64,000 nucleotides of DNA, from NCBI GenBank assembly GCA_046563655.1, contig CM102290.1, positions 11,780,001-11,844,000 of the forward strand, in the 5' to 3' direction. A program made the translations under genes and the position numbers. Below are positions 49,901 to 62,100 of this stretch, in pieces; positions within the stretch are counted from its first letter, which is position 1; each line of letters starts with the position of its first letter. The stretch comes from Yuukianura sp. NJ FZ-2021. Lineage: Eukaryota. The notes beneath the pieces were generated by a model that was not told where the DNA came from, ran no database searches, and saw only the letters and a program-made list of their open reading frames with translations.

Positions 49901-52900
49901 TCGTTTGCATTCGTCACAGGGCTCCCTTTTAAAAATTGTTCAAACGCTAGATCATTTCCACTGTCCAGAACTTTTGAACCAAAAATTCATTCTGGACATC
50001 GACATTTTAAAAAAAAATCGGCCAGTTTTTTCCGCTTTTGTCATTTGGACATTGATCGCAGCAGTCTCAGCTTGCCCCAAAACCCATTCCCAACGGCCAT
50101 CACTACCACCAGAGCCCAAACTCTATTGTTTTTAGAAGAAGACTACTCTGAGCTAGCCCTGTCTCCATACGTCTTGGAAATCGGTCACGAGAGACAAAGT
50201 TTTGTCATGGAAAATTTTGGGAAGTACAGTTTCACAAAGTACTGCGGAGCTTCTTCTTCAGCTACTAGGTTAGGGTTTTTGGTGTGCTGGGGAAAAAGCG
50301 ACCGAGGAAATGGTCAAAGTTTATGAGACTTTCCCAAAGTAGTCCAAATCACTTCATTTCCAGCTCTCCAGGGCCTAATTTTCTATTAAGTCAAAAATCC
50401 ACTTAATTCAGACACTTCTGTTCCCTCTTCAGAGGCACTGGAACGAAAAGTGAGCAGCGAAATTGGTTTTAACGTTCACTGATTTTCACTTACAAAATTC
50501 TATGAAAACCACTTCTGAAAAATATTTGTGTAGAACACGTTCATAAACCGGAGCGAATTTATTGGCAACTTCTAACGCTTAAAAAAAAACAAAAAAAAAT
50601 TTTAACTCAAACAAGGTAGGGTAGTGCTCAAGGGTTCAGCAGTGAGCGCAGGTCTTCGGGATACAGTGGACAACTGATATGACTTATAATGGCCGATATG
50701 ACGATATATATCGCCATATCGGCCGATGTAACCCAGTAAGGCAATAGGCTAATGTTTCAATGCAATCAGTCCTAAAACTGGCGACAGACAGACAAAGTCG
50801 TATCAATAGTCTTCTTCTTCTTCTTCTTCGTAGGCATGCGTCTCCAGAAGGCTAAAACGATGACATTTCGTGGTTCCAACTTCAGTTTTCCCTTTGGTTT
50901 TGATTATTTATTATTAATATTTACTTAAAACAATAGTAGAGGGAATTGGGTCATGTGAGACACATGTAACCTTGAGTTTTCAGGTAGGCTGAATAGCTCA
51001 ATGGTTAGAGCGCTCGCCTCGTAAGCGAGAGGTTGGGTGTTCGACTCTCCCTTCAGCCTCATTTTTTATACCCGTAGTCTTATAAAATCCAAGTTTTAAC
51101 TCATATTTTTTTCTTTTAACCCAGTTTAACTTTTAACTCACACTATAAGAGAGGAAACAAGTGATGTGACCTAACATATGTTGAGGTCAACAGAGGTCAA
51201 AGGTCGGAAAAGCAAAGCGGTTTGATTATTTTGTGTTCCACTTTAACAAGTGCATGTTTTCCGTATTGTCAGTTCTGGACAGGCTTCTGGAACCCACACG
51301 CACAAAATGGAACGCTGATTCATTTTCAGCGGGAAAAAAGAAGTGAGTGTGAAGTCAAGGCTCGGCGGGACAGTTTAACTTTGATGGAGGGACATTCAAA
51401 ATGGATCCTGGTTAGCATGGACTTGGTTCCAGCAGTAGTAGCTACTGGAATAGATTATTTATCCAGTGTCAGGAGGCGGGAAGATTGATTCCTCCCTTTT
51501 GAATTCTGGTCTCCTTCAAACTGGCGCCATTTTTTGAACCACAAATACTGAATACACAAAATGTAAAAAATGTCCCATTTCCTTCCTTGCTTTCTTCGGT
51601 TCTCTCCATTTAAGTTCAAAAACTAAGGAAAAACGGAAGGAGAAAGTCTTGGCCTTTTGTGCCTAAAGAGTTGGCGCTAAATTACTCCTTTTGGCGCATC
51701 TTTTCAAATTTTCTTTAAGCAAAAAAGAATGGGTCGATGACCAAAATATGATGTGCCAAAATTTTCATTTTTTCCACATTTTTTGCAAATTATGAATCAT
51801 TTGTCCACGAAAGGCTACACCCCATTGCCTCTCTTCCTCTCTTCATGCATTTTTGCGCTAAACTATTTTTCATCTTTGCAAAATACCTTCCAAAACCTAG
51901 AAAAATTTTTTGGTGGATTTTATGTTTTTTGAAAAACGGAGTTAAAGAAACATTTGCGTTGCAAATTGAAATTCCCCCCGACGAAAGAAGAATCCGCGGG
52001 AATCTGCGTTTCAAATGAAAAAATCGCTAGTTCTGCTTGACTCTTTCCTTATTGTCTAAAAATAAAACTGAAAATTCAATTTTATTGAAATGGGAGCCAT
52101 CTTGTTTTATTGAAATCGAATCAGTTTTGTTTTACTTTCTCTTTGTTGACTGTATCATTCGATACAAATTGAGACACATGTTGAAGTCCATTGTTTGATA
52201 AAAATTGGCAAACTTTTGCAAACCTATTATAGTAACAAGAACAAAACAAGTCCAAAATGAAACTATTTCAAAAAAATACGCCCGCGGGCACACGGAATTG
52301 ACTCACTACTGAACATGTTTGTTTGTTTCTCCAAAAAGTTTTGAAGAATTCTGTTTTGAATTTTCTTTTTCTAGACAGACTGAATGTTCTATACGAAACG
52401 AACTGGACACTGGAAGTGGAAGCGGAGCTGGAACGCTTCGAGCGAGCCGTTAAGGAGCGCAAAAATCTTCATGCCGTTCGGATCCAATGGACTTTCACCT
52501 CTGCCCTCCTCTACTCCGTCTCCATCATCACAACCATTGGTAAAGCCATTAGTCAACACTTTGCTTTAATGCTTTCAAACCATAACCTAATCTGACCTGA
52601 CTAACCTAACCTCGAACTGTAACTGGCTTTAATCCCTTATGGCAAAGAAAGCCCATCAAGGAAACTCTGTCTCAAAGAGTCATTAAAACCCACAAAGTGT
52701 CATTTCATCTTCCAAGGACTTTCTCTTGGCCCGGAGTCTCACTTTGCCCCATACTTGTCATCTGCAATAAACGAAAAAAAGAGGCGCCAATTCTACCATT
52801 ATTTCAAATTGATTTTTTTCGCTCCATTTTTCTTTGTTCTTTCTCTTCATCAACTCCTTCCCTCATCTTTTTCATTTTCTTCTTCATTCTTTCTCATTTT

Positions 52901-55900
52901 TCGTAGTATTTCAAAAAAATATTTCTCACTTCAAAATTTCTACTTTTTTATAACTCGAAGTTTTGAACGTTTCATTTATCATAGTTTAGGTTCTTTGGTG
53001 TACTCAAAATAGAAAAATGAAGCAACTCAAAGAAAGGTCTAGAAATCAGTTTTTCAAATCGGTTTCAAAAATTGAATTTGTTTTTGGAAAAAAAAAAAAA
53101 GAATTTTGTTAAAAATTTTAGAAACAAAATGCCTCGAATTTTGAAAACGAGTTTTCAAAAATCTTCAATTCATTCATTGCCTCATCGCCTTGTGTGTATT
53201 GTTCTGCTTTCTCTCTTCCTTCCAAATATCCTTCAAAAAGACTTTTACCTTTTTGACATCAAATGTCCAATTCACATTTCAAATTTGAAATCAAATTTCA
53301 GAATTTCAGATTTTACAAAAAAAAAATTGTTTTTGTCAATTGCTGGGCATTGTGTTGTGTTTCATGAACTACTCTGTTTGCTCCCATCCGAGAATTACAA
53401 TTTCAAAAAACTTTCGGGAAGAAATTTTTCCTGTTTTCATTTTTTCTGGCTGCAAATGTCAATTTCAGTACCGAGAAAATTAAATGTTGGTGGTGACAGT
53501 GTTGGGCAAAATTTTTTTTGCCAACTTTCAACCATACTGTTTGTGACGTACCAAATCTCCTCAGTGGTTTGCCCAAGTTTACAAATTAAGACAGTTAATT
53601 AAACAGAAACTTTCGGCACACCGTTCACTCCCAGCTCATTTTTCTAAAAAACTGTTTCAAACAAATAGTGAAACTTTGAAAAAAAAAGTTTTCTAAAGCA
53701 ACTAACAAAAAGAAAGTGGGGGCGGGGTAACCATACCCACACTGTGATGTGGCTAATGCTGTCAGGATGCCCAAACACTTCCGTTTTCTTCACTTCGTTC
53801 TTCATCGTGCGTGATCTGTCTGTCCGTGCACTCTCTAACCTAACATAACCTATCACTTTTGAATTCTTCCCGCTCAAAGTTTTCATTTCCACTATCATAC
53901 TATCCAATGGTCAAACAAACGGTGAAAACCGATTGTGTTTCACCGAAGTTGGTCCTGGCAACAGCCGTTGCAGGGTTAAACTTCTGTTTCAACTTTTTTT
54001 TTCGAATGCTGCGGTGCATTTGTCCTAAATCAGAAAATGGGAAAACGAAATAGCGCCAAAAATTCGAATGTTCGTGAATTCCTGGTAACTTTTTTTTTCT
54101 TTTGGAAAAGTCGTGATCGTGGGACAGAGGCGGGTCGTGACAAAGTTCGGTCCAATGATAGTATATTGGAAAGGAGAGACATTAAATTTGACACTTTTAT
54201 TATTACGCCTAACCTAACTCCGGAGTCCGGTGTGGGAAAAAGTTTGTTGACCGTTGGTCAAATGTTCGCGCCTTTCGCGCGCCTGCAGTGGACATAGCTT
54301 AGGTTATATAAAATGAACTCGAAGTGTTGAAGTGGAAGTGACAAAACGGAAACGTTGCTATGTTTGGAAGTGTCGGTCGCTTGAAGCCCGCTTTTCGTTT
54401 TTTAAAAAAGGCGGGAATTAGTTTGGCGCGCTGAAACGAACTTCAAAATCTTGTTGTTTCTCCTCCATCATTTCTCAAACGACTTGGAAGAAAATTAGGA
54501 ATGCAAAAGGCTGGAAATGGAACGGTTTGAAGCTTGTGGCTCGGAAGTCTAAAGCCAAAGCTAAAGGCGGGCTTTTGCTGTATGTACTATTTTATATTTT
54601 CCCCCTGCTGTAATGCAATCTCATAAACAAAAGGAACCTGTCATGGTTTCTCCGGCTTTTTTTCTTTTTTGAATTTTCCCGCGGAATCCCTCCTCGTCAA
54701 AATCCCCTCGTCTCCCATTTAAGCTCATCCTCTAATGGGAATTAGATGGATCATCTTCTTTCACGGCCCACCTTTCTCTTTCATTCCTCGTTTCAAAGTT
54801 TTTTTTCTTCAGTCTTTTCAGATCTCGTTTCCGTTTTGCCAATTTTTTTTTGTTCGAATTCTCTTAAAAAGAAATTCTGCGATAAAAAACTCCTCCTACA
54901 GCAAATAAAACGCACAAATTTTTTTTTTCTTGAAACCATTTGATCATTGTTTTCAAACTTTTGTTCTTAAAAGTTTTTTTTAAATGCTCGTAACTGAGCA
55001 GACTGAAGTATTGATGGGCTCTTGCTAGAGATTGGCAGTTTCAGTGCTGCCACTTTGTTTTGCTAAAGTCCATCACTTGTCACTGGAAACGTACTTATGC
55101 CATTTATCTACGTCTACCATTCCTATAAGCTTCAAAATCATCGTCTTCTGCCTTTGAAAAAACGGATGGAACAAACAGACAATTCCCCTAATCTCCGATG
55201 ACCCAAAGCATTCTTCTCGCTACAGCTAAAACTTCCCGCGATGCTGTTTTTTCTCACCTACAAATATCAGCTTAACCATTGTGAATGTTGGGGTAACTTT
55301 AAAGACCGCTATTCTAGCCGCACAATGTCGCCGACACAGAGCGACATCTTATGTAGCACTGCTTTAGGTTAGGTTAAAGTGGCTACTTAAGTTGCCACGC
55401 GGATGTAGCCAAGCATTGTAGCCACTAAAAATGAAGAGGTGGCAACACCATGCGGTTACAATGAGAGTCCTTAATCCTTACCTGGAACCTCTGGACACTT
55501 GAGTATGTAAAGTATTGGTTCAACCGAAGGCTTCCAACAAAACTTTCTTGTTGAACCAGATACTGTTGAACTATCTATACTGTTGATATATTTGAATCCA
55601 ACCACACGTTCAACAATTCATCACATACTTGTTTTCCAGAAATTTAAACTAACTGGAAACATTTACCGTTATGCTCTGCGGGAGTAATGAAATTCAAATG
55701 TCAACATGAAATGTCAGTGAACACAGTTTGTCCAGAGCGGGAATTTGAAATATAAAATTTGCTAGCGGAATTATGTTGGCGCGTGGCATTTGTTCACAAA
55801 AAATTTTCCGAAAAAGTGAAGTGAATGCCCTTTTGAAGTCTGTACAAAGAAATTTTTAGTATCCATTGTACTGGATATTCAATGCATCTCATGCGCCATT

Positions 55901-58900
55901 TCTGTAGGTTACAAAGAGAACAATACGTCTTGCCTGACACTTCTTTTTTCAAGAAGTACAGAAGCGGGAAGGATGATTTTGAATATTGCGCCATTTTCTG
56001 AATAGGATTCTTCCTTTAGTTTGCGAAGTGCTAATGAAAAAGACTTGGCGTTTTCTTCAAAACTCGTGTAGTTCCTTTTTTCCATAGTTCCAGATTCATT
56101 CCAGGCACGAAATGGCAATTAACACAAACTGAAACGAAGCGCGCGTTTGTTCAAAATTTACTTTTTCTGGTCCGACGCTTTGTGCCAGCCAAATTTTGAA
56201 AAGGAAGAAAATTCCAAAATTTAAATCCTCCGAAATTTCTTCCAGTTTTACAAAAATCTGGAACTGGAAACCGGAAAGCCTCAGGCGGCGTCACGTTCGC
56301 GTTTCCAAAAAATGCCAGTCCAAATGTCAACCTTTGTGCTATTGTTTTAAAAACCTTTCAATCCCGCTCTAATTTTCAAAATTGGTTTTCACTTTCAAAA
56401 AGACTTTCAAAGATGAAATCTCGGCGCTAAAATTCAAACTGACTAATCTTCCTTGACAGCGTTCCACACACAGTCGTTTTAGGTCATCAAATTTCCTACT
56501 CTTTTTTTTCGTTTGAACTTTTTCTTTCCCGCTTTCATTGGGAAAAAAAGCAGTTCGTCTTTCATCTTCGTTTCTGTTTTTTTTTTGTTCAAGTGAAAGT
56601 GAAAGAGAGTGCAGTCTTCCTAATTACTTTTCCATTTCCCCATTTTCACTCATCACACCTAAAATGTTCCTTAAGGTAGGAATTGCCCAATGTTCATGAG
56701 GATATCCTCAAAGTAGCCCTCTACTCAAGTCCTCCCTAGTCCCTGGAGGTTGACATAAACTTTAATTTACATTTTAGAATTGGAGTTATCGTTTGTTTGG
56801 CGTGTAACAAGTTAGGCTTCGTTCTATTTTGTTTCTAAAACTGGCGTTTGCGGATATCCTCAAAATCAAAATGAAAGTAAAACGTAGTGAATGAAGCACT
56901 TAAAGCATGAGCTTGAAGGAAGATCGTGATTGGAGGGAAAATCAAACAGAAAGGATTTGGCCTCCCAAATGCTATATTAGGTTAGGTCAAGCTGGATTAT
57001 AGCAATTAAAACTCGTACAAGCTCCCCCTGTGAAGTGGCAATTCCGGTCCTCACGAGCGCCAATTTCATTCTATTTCAAACATCTACCTTAAGAAATAGT
57101 GAGAAAAGCTAGCTACTCATGAATCAACTTCACACTCTGCGTTCCATTGACAGAAGCAACTTTTAATCATCTCATTGCATCAAGTTCAACTAGCTGACCT
57201 CGGAAAACATGAATATGACCTTGACCCCTGTCAGTGGTAACCAGACGACCTTCACCGAAACGTTTGTCACCGGCTGACTCAAGCATTGGTCCAACCAAGT
57301 AAAAAATGTAGAAATCTTTTCGAAAATGGGCATATCTTTTTCAATTTCTGTTTTTCAAAAGTGTTTTGACGTCGGGTTTGGCCTGACCTATGACAGGCCA
57401 GGATCATGTGAAGTTGCTCATTCATTAACTCGGCAGCATCTCAATATTTCAGCAAAAGTAATGTGAGTGCATTGCAAGCGCCTTGTAGCGTCTGGTCTTG
57501 TGATCGAGTCTCGTGATAGACAGCAGCAGTGGTACTACCAACGTCCGCTCGCTCACTCGGCGCTATTTAAACCGGTGAAAGTGTATCCCATTGCAGTCGT
57601 GTTAATAACCTTTATTCAAATTTGGAAGATTTGATTGGTTGGGAAAGTAACTGAAATGTGGTAGAGGGCTTTTGAATAACAAAGGGCGAATAACAATATC
57701 AATAAAGTCAAAACTGAGCAGCAGAAGGTTGCGGTTGGAGAAAGTGGCTTAGCTTATTGCTTCTGCTTTCACCATTATCTTCATCGAGAACAGTCTCTGC
57801 CCTGTCTTCTAACGCTAAAATATACAATCTGAAACCCACTTTGAAGTATTAAACTGTAAACTAAACTGTGAATTTTCAAACAAAAAAACTCAAAATTTGA
57901 GAATGAAAATTTTAAATTTTTACTAGTTTTAGCAAGAATGAGGTGGCAATAGAATGCCCTATGGCAGAAACTGTTTGGTTTACCTTCGAATTCACTTCGA
58001 TGCATCTATATAGTACAGTTTCTGTGGTGTCTTCGCCTTAAGATTAAAGCTTAATGGAATTTTGAAAGGAATCTTCATTATTTATTGGAATTCAAAAACC
58101 ACTTCCTTCCCAAACACTCCCGCCAATATTCAAATTCTCATTCCCGCGAACATTCAAATTCACTCTCGCGTTCCTGTTTGCCACTAACTCTTAAGATGAA
58201 AATGGATTTCCATTTTGTGTTTTAGAATTCGAAATCAGTTGATTGAACATTTGAGAAGTAAATAATTTTAAATTTGAATTTTACCCGCCTTTTTTATAGG
58301 TTACGGCAACATATTTCCCAAGACTGTTCCTGGCAAGATGTTTACAATTTTCTACGCTGTCATTGGAATACCTATTATGCTCCTCTGGGTCTCAAATATC
58401 GGAAATGTCATGGCACATGCGTTCAAGTTCGCCTATTTCCACGGTCCATGCTACTGCGGACCGCGGGGAAGAAAAACCGTCCAATCACGACGCTTCCAGG
58501 ACAAATCCAACGTGGATCCACCCGAATCCAAGAACCCACGGCCCACCCAAGTCCAGTTTTCTCCCAACAAGGATAAATGCGAAACTGTACTTCTAGAGGG
58601 TGGCTCTCCGTCGCTGTCTTACCCCCGAAGTCCCACTTCCACCATAAAAAAGCAGCAGGTCACACGCAGATCACTGCAGAACCTTGACCCCACTGCACGT
58701 CAAATCTTATTTGAATGTGCTGAGTACAATTTGAGCCACGGAGAAGAATTGCCCAGCAGAGAAATCATGGAGCAGCTCGACGCATGTCCCTTTGACCAAG
58801 ACGAAGTGGACGAATCCAGTAAACGGAGCAGTGATGTGGAAAGTGTGATTGACTTGGGGCGGTTCCGTGGGCCCACCAACATGATCCCACCACCCCCGAC

Positions 58901-59635
58901 ATTTGATGAACGTGGGACGGAAGTCGGAGTTTCAAAAGCGTACGGATTTCCGTCGGACAGGTTTGGACGGAAGTTGTCGTCCAATAGCAGAGCTTCCCTA
59001 ATCGAGTCTGTCCAGGTTCCACATGGAACGCCGTCCAGGATTCCCCTGCTGGGGGAACGGGAAGTGCTACACATTGATATTGAAAGGATGGACATTGACC
59101 TTGACCTTGAAGAGAGTGTGTCTGGGGGGTCAGGGGAAAAGAGGGTGCCGGTGATTCTTGTGTTACTGGTGGTAGTGCTGTACATTGTACTCGGGGCAGC
59201 AGTGTTCACTACACAGGAAGACTGGGACTTTTGGGACAGCGCCTACTTTTGTTTCATCACGCTGTCGACAATTGGTCTAGGTATGTGACTAATGAGTTAC
59301 TAACTTGAACTTTGTTTAACTCAACTTAAGATAACAAATATAATAGTTAATTTTAAAAGTAATCAATCAAAAATAATGTTTGAATTTGAAATTTCAATTA
59401 TTGAAATTTTGTTTTTTCGTTGTTTGTTTGACTTATAGGTGACCTGACCCCGGGAAGGTCACTGGAGCACTCCGGAACACGGGAGTCCACTGTCCAGTTG
59501 ATTTTTTGTTGTTTCTACCTTGTCGTGGGCCTGGCCATCATCGCCATGAGTTTCAACTTGGTCCAGGAACAGGTCACGCTGAAGGTCACTGAATTCGCAA
59601 AACGAATAGGCATTATTGAGGGCGGAGTGAGGTGA
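46949..59635 (+). CDS. Two-pore-domain potassium channel (TWiK/TRESK/TWK-18-like), ~532 aa, 4 exons
   Basis: Exons 46949-47204, 52375-52539, 58300-59280, 59439-59635, phase-consistent. M1 FSHVGLCVLVVGYAVAGGLIF..LE, P1 WTFTSALLYSVSIITTIG|YGN, M2 YAVIGIPIMLL, long cytoplasmic loop, M3 VPVILVLLVVVLYIVLGA, P2 WDFWDSAYFCFITLSTIGL|GD, M4 YLVVGLAIIAMSFNLVQE. AATAAA at 59716. Confidence 0.94.
50691..50724. repeat. 34-bp near-perfect palindrome
   Basis: GGCCGATATG-A-CGATATATATCG-C-CATATCGGCC, with a single A/C mismatch. Confidence 0.9.
50811..50828. repeat. (CTT)6 microsatellite
   Basis: CTTCTTCTTCTTCTTCTT in K2P intron 1. Confidence 0.85.
50987..51059 (+). tRNA. tRNA-Thr (anticodon CGT), inside intron 1 of the K2P gene
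   Basis: Acceptor stem GGCTGAA/TTCAGCC, D arm GCTC-AATGGTTA-GAGC, anticodon arm CTCGC-CTCGTAA-GCGAG, T arm GGGTG-TTCGACT-CTCCC (one T:T mismatch), discriminator T, Pol III T-run from 51062. Confidence 0.92.
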
Positions 59636-61949
59636 CCTTGACCTCCGATGACCTCTCAAGCTCACGATGTAAAAATTTGTTTGTTCTGCAGAATTTTTGA
59701 GTTAACTTGGATTCAAATAAAAAAACTCGCAGACGCCGTTTTTCAGTGAAATTTGCACAACAACCTCAGATTTTATTACACTGTTAAACACGTTTGTATT
59801 TCCAGCTCCTCATCCATTTTCAAAATTTTGAAGCTGCAGGCTGCAGTTCAAATTTTTTCACCGCGTGAAAAACTTAAAAAGTAAAAACTGGGTATTCGTT
59901 ATTACTATTCCTTTGCATACTTTCCCTTTTTACAAAACAGTTTCAAGTTAATCTAATAATCTTCATCTTTTTTTTATCACCACATAAATTTTAATATACT
60001 AACATAATATTTTAATATACCAGAATCTTAACGTTTTGAATACAATTAAGAATAGTTTAAGCTACCCGAAGGAAGTAAAGCATCTTCCAATTGATGAAGC
60101 ATCTCTTACTGTTTCCTCTGTTCGCAGAACAATAGATCTTGTCCAAAAGTGGGTAGTACATGTTAATTAGCATATTTCCATTGTGTTGGTGGTGTCTAAC
60201 TGAACTTGGGCCACCATCTAGTCACTACTCATCTCTCCACCAATCAACAACACTCAACCCAGCTCAAACAGTCTCAACAATAACATCCAAAGTCACAAGT
60301 TTTTGAATTTTAAAACTTCAAGTTCCAGTTATCTGTGCATTCAGTTGGAATTCCAGCAGTCATCTCTCCGGCTCAACCGTAACTAGGTATTTTTTTTTTT
60401 TATTTTGAAACGATATTTTTTGAATTGGTAGAAATTGATAGCTGTAGAGTCTAAACTTTTCTTGAAAACGAACAATGTCACTCTACTTTTGCATCTTATT
60501 TTGTTGCATGTTGTGTATCTGGTATGATGTTCTGAACTGTTCATTTTCCCTGTCAAATGTCGCCTTCCTTCCTGCACCACGAAAGATGAATGATGGAGTT
60601 CTGCTTGTCAACTTTCCTTGATTGTAATCTCCTATTGGAATTCCTTGTCATCATTCTGATTAATGTCAGATCATGAGACAGTGACCTTTGAAAAGGCGTT
60701 AAAAACTTCATTGTTTGGTAACAGGAGGTCACGGAGGTCAACAAAAGTTTATTAGCCTCGAGACGCCGTGATCCGGCACAGATCAAATTCGCTGATCAGT
60801 AACTCTGTTTTGCACAATTACTAGCAATGATTCCGCAATTCGTTTTGTTTCAAATGTTGATCTTGCCCGTAGGTACGCCAATGTTGCAATATCAACTACG
60901 CGTCATGTTTATTTGATGCAAATTTGAAATTTGGAAAATTTTAATTTCGGAAAAAACAATCCTTCCAATAGCAGTAAACATAGATGTCGGTGTGTAGGTG
61001 TGAATAGTGTTTCAGAAACTTTAGAAAACTAACTTTAAAAACTTCATTTTTTTTTAGAAATTTGGATTTTTGAAAAAGTTATATGAAACCTGGGTTCATT
61101 CGTGAATGTTTTGTTTCGTAAGCTTCTGTGTAAAGTTTTTTTATGGAAAAGGGTTGCCTGTGCTATGGTTTTTGGTGAAAAACTTTTAGTAATCGTACTT
61201 CGTTTGGATGGACGCCAGTAGTACTGGGAGTAAAGGTCAGAGAAGCGCGAAATTACAAAATTGGAACTTGTCATATCTTTGACTGCGTACTTCGGTGTCT
61301 CTTTGTCACCTGTGCATGCGCAATGAGTTACGACATGTTGAGTCCACAATAGTTCTCCGCATGAGGTCTCTCCTGATTTGGACTTGGTTGACCTCCTGAA
61401 TATGATTGACTTCAGAAATGCATGACCTTTTAAGGACATTTTTCAGCTGGGGATTGTTGACAGGATCCTCACGACAAAAACCCACTCTCTCCCTGATTTC
61501 AAATCAATTCAAAATTCCCACTCTCCTCTCGGCCATTTTCCCACTCTAAGGAGCAACATAAATCAAATGTGGTCCAGCACTCGAACTAAGACTGGAAGGA
61601 ACTGGGACACTTTTGGACGTAACTTGAATCAGGCTAAGGTCAATGTTGCTATAGCTTCCATTTACACAGATGCGCTAACAGGTTACGCCATAACTCTTTT
61701 TTTTTTCAAAAAATTACGGGAAAAAAAAACAACAACTTTTGTACGAACTTTGCACGAATCCCATTTGCTTTATAAGGCGCGATGTCAACAAATCGCAGAA
61801 AAAATTCAAAAGAAACAATTTGTAAAGAATAGGAGTTATGGCATAACCTGTTAAGAAAAAACAAACAAAATGTAGATTTAAACAATCTTGGGCTGAGGTG
61901 GTCTGAACAGACCACCTACCATCGTCTACGGCCAAAAAATGCTCTCCGG

Positions 61950-62100
61950 CAGTGTTGCTGGATATCCAGTGGATAATATATTTCATCCGGCTTTATCCGG
62001 AAGAATTGGCTGGATAAAATAGATATAAATCAATACTTCCGGATACTTCCACGTATTTTGATGTAGGTGGAAGAAATATTTTATCCATCCACCAACACTG
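61950..62100. mobile_element. 151-bp non-autonomous TIR element (MITE), probably hAT superfamily
   Basis: TIRs CAGTGTTGCTGGAT (61950-61963) and ATCCACCAACACTG (62087-62100), 13/14 match. Flanking 8-mers CTCTCCGG / CCGTCCGG (6/8, degenerate TSD). Internal GGATA/TATCC subrepeats. Confidence 0.7.

Noticed and set aside
50619..50675. tRNA-derived SINE or second tRNA upstream of the palindrome
   Set aside because: Only a loose A-box resemblance; no B box or cloverleaf.
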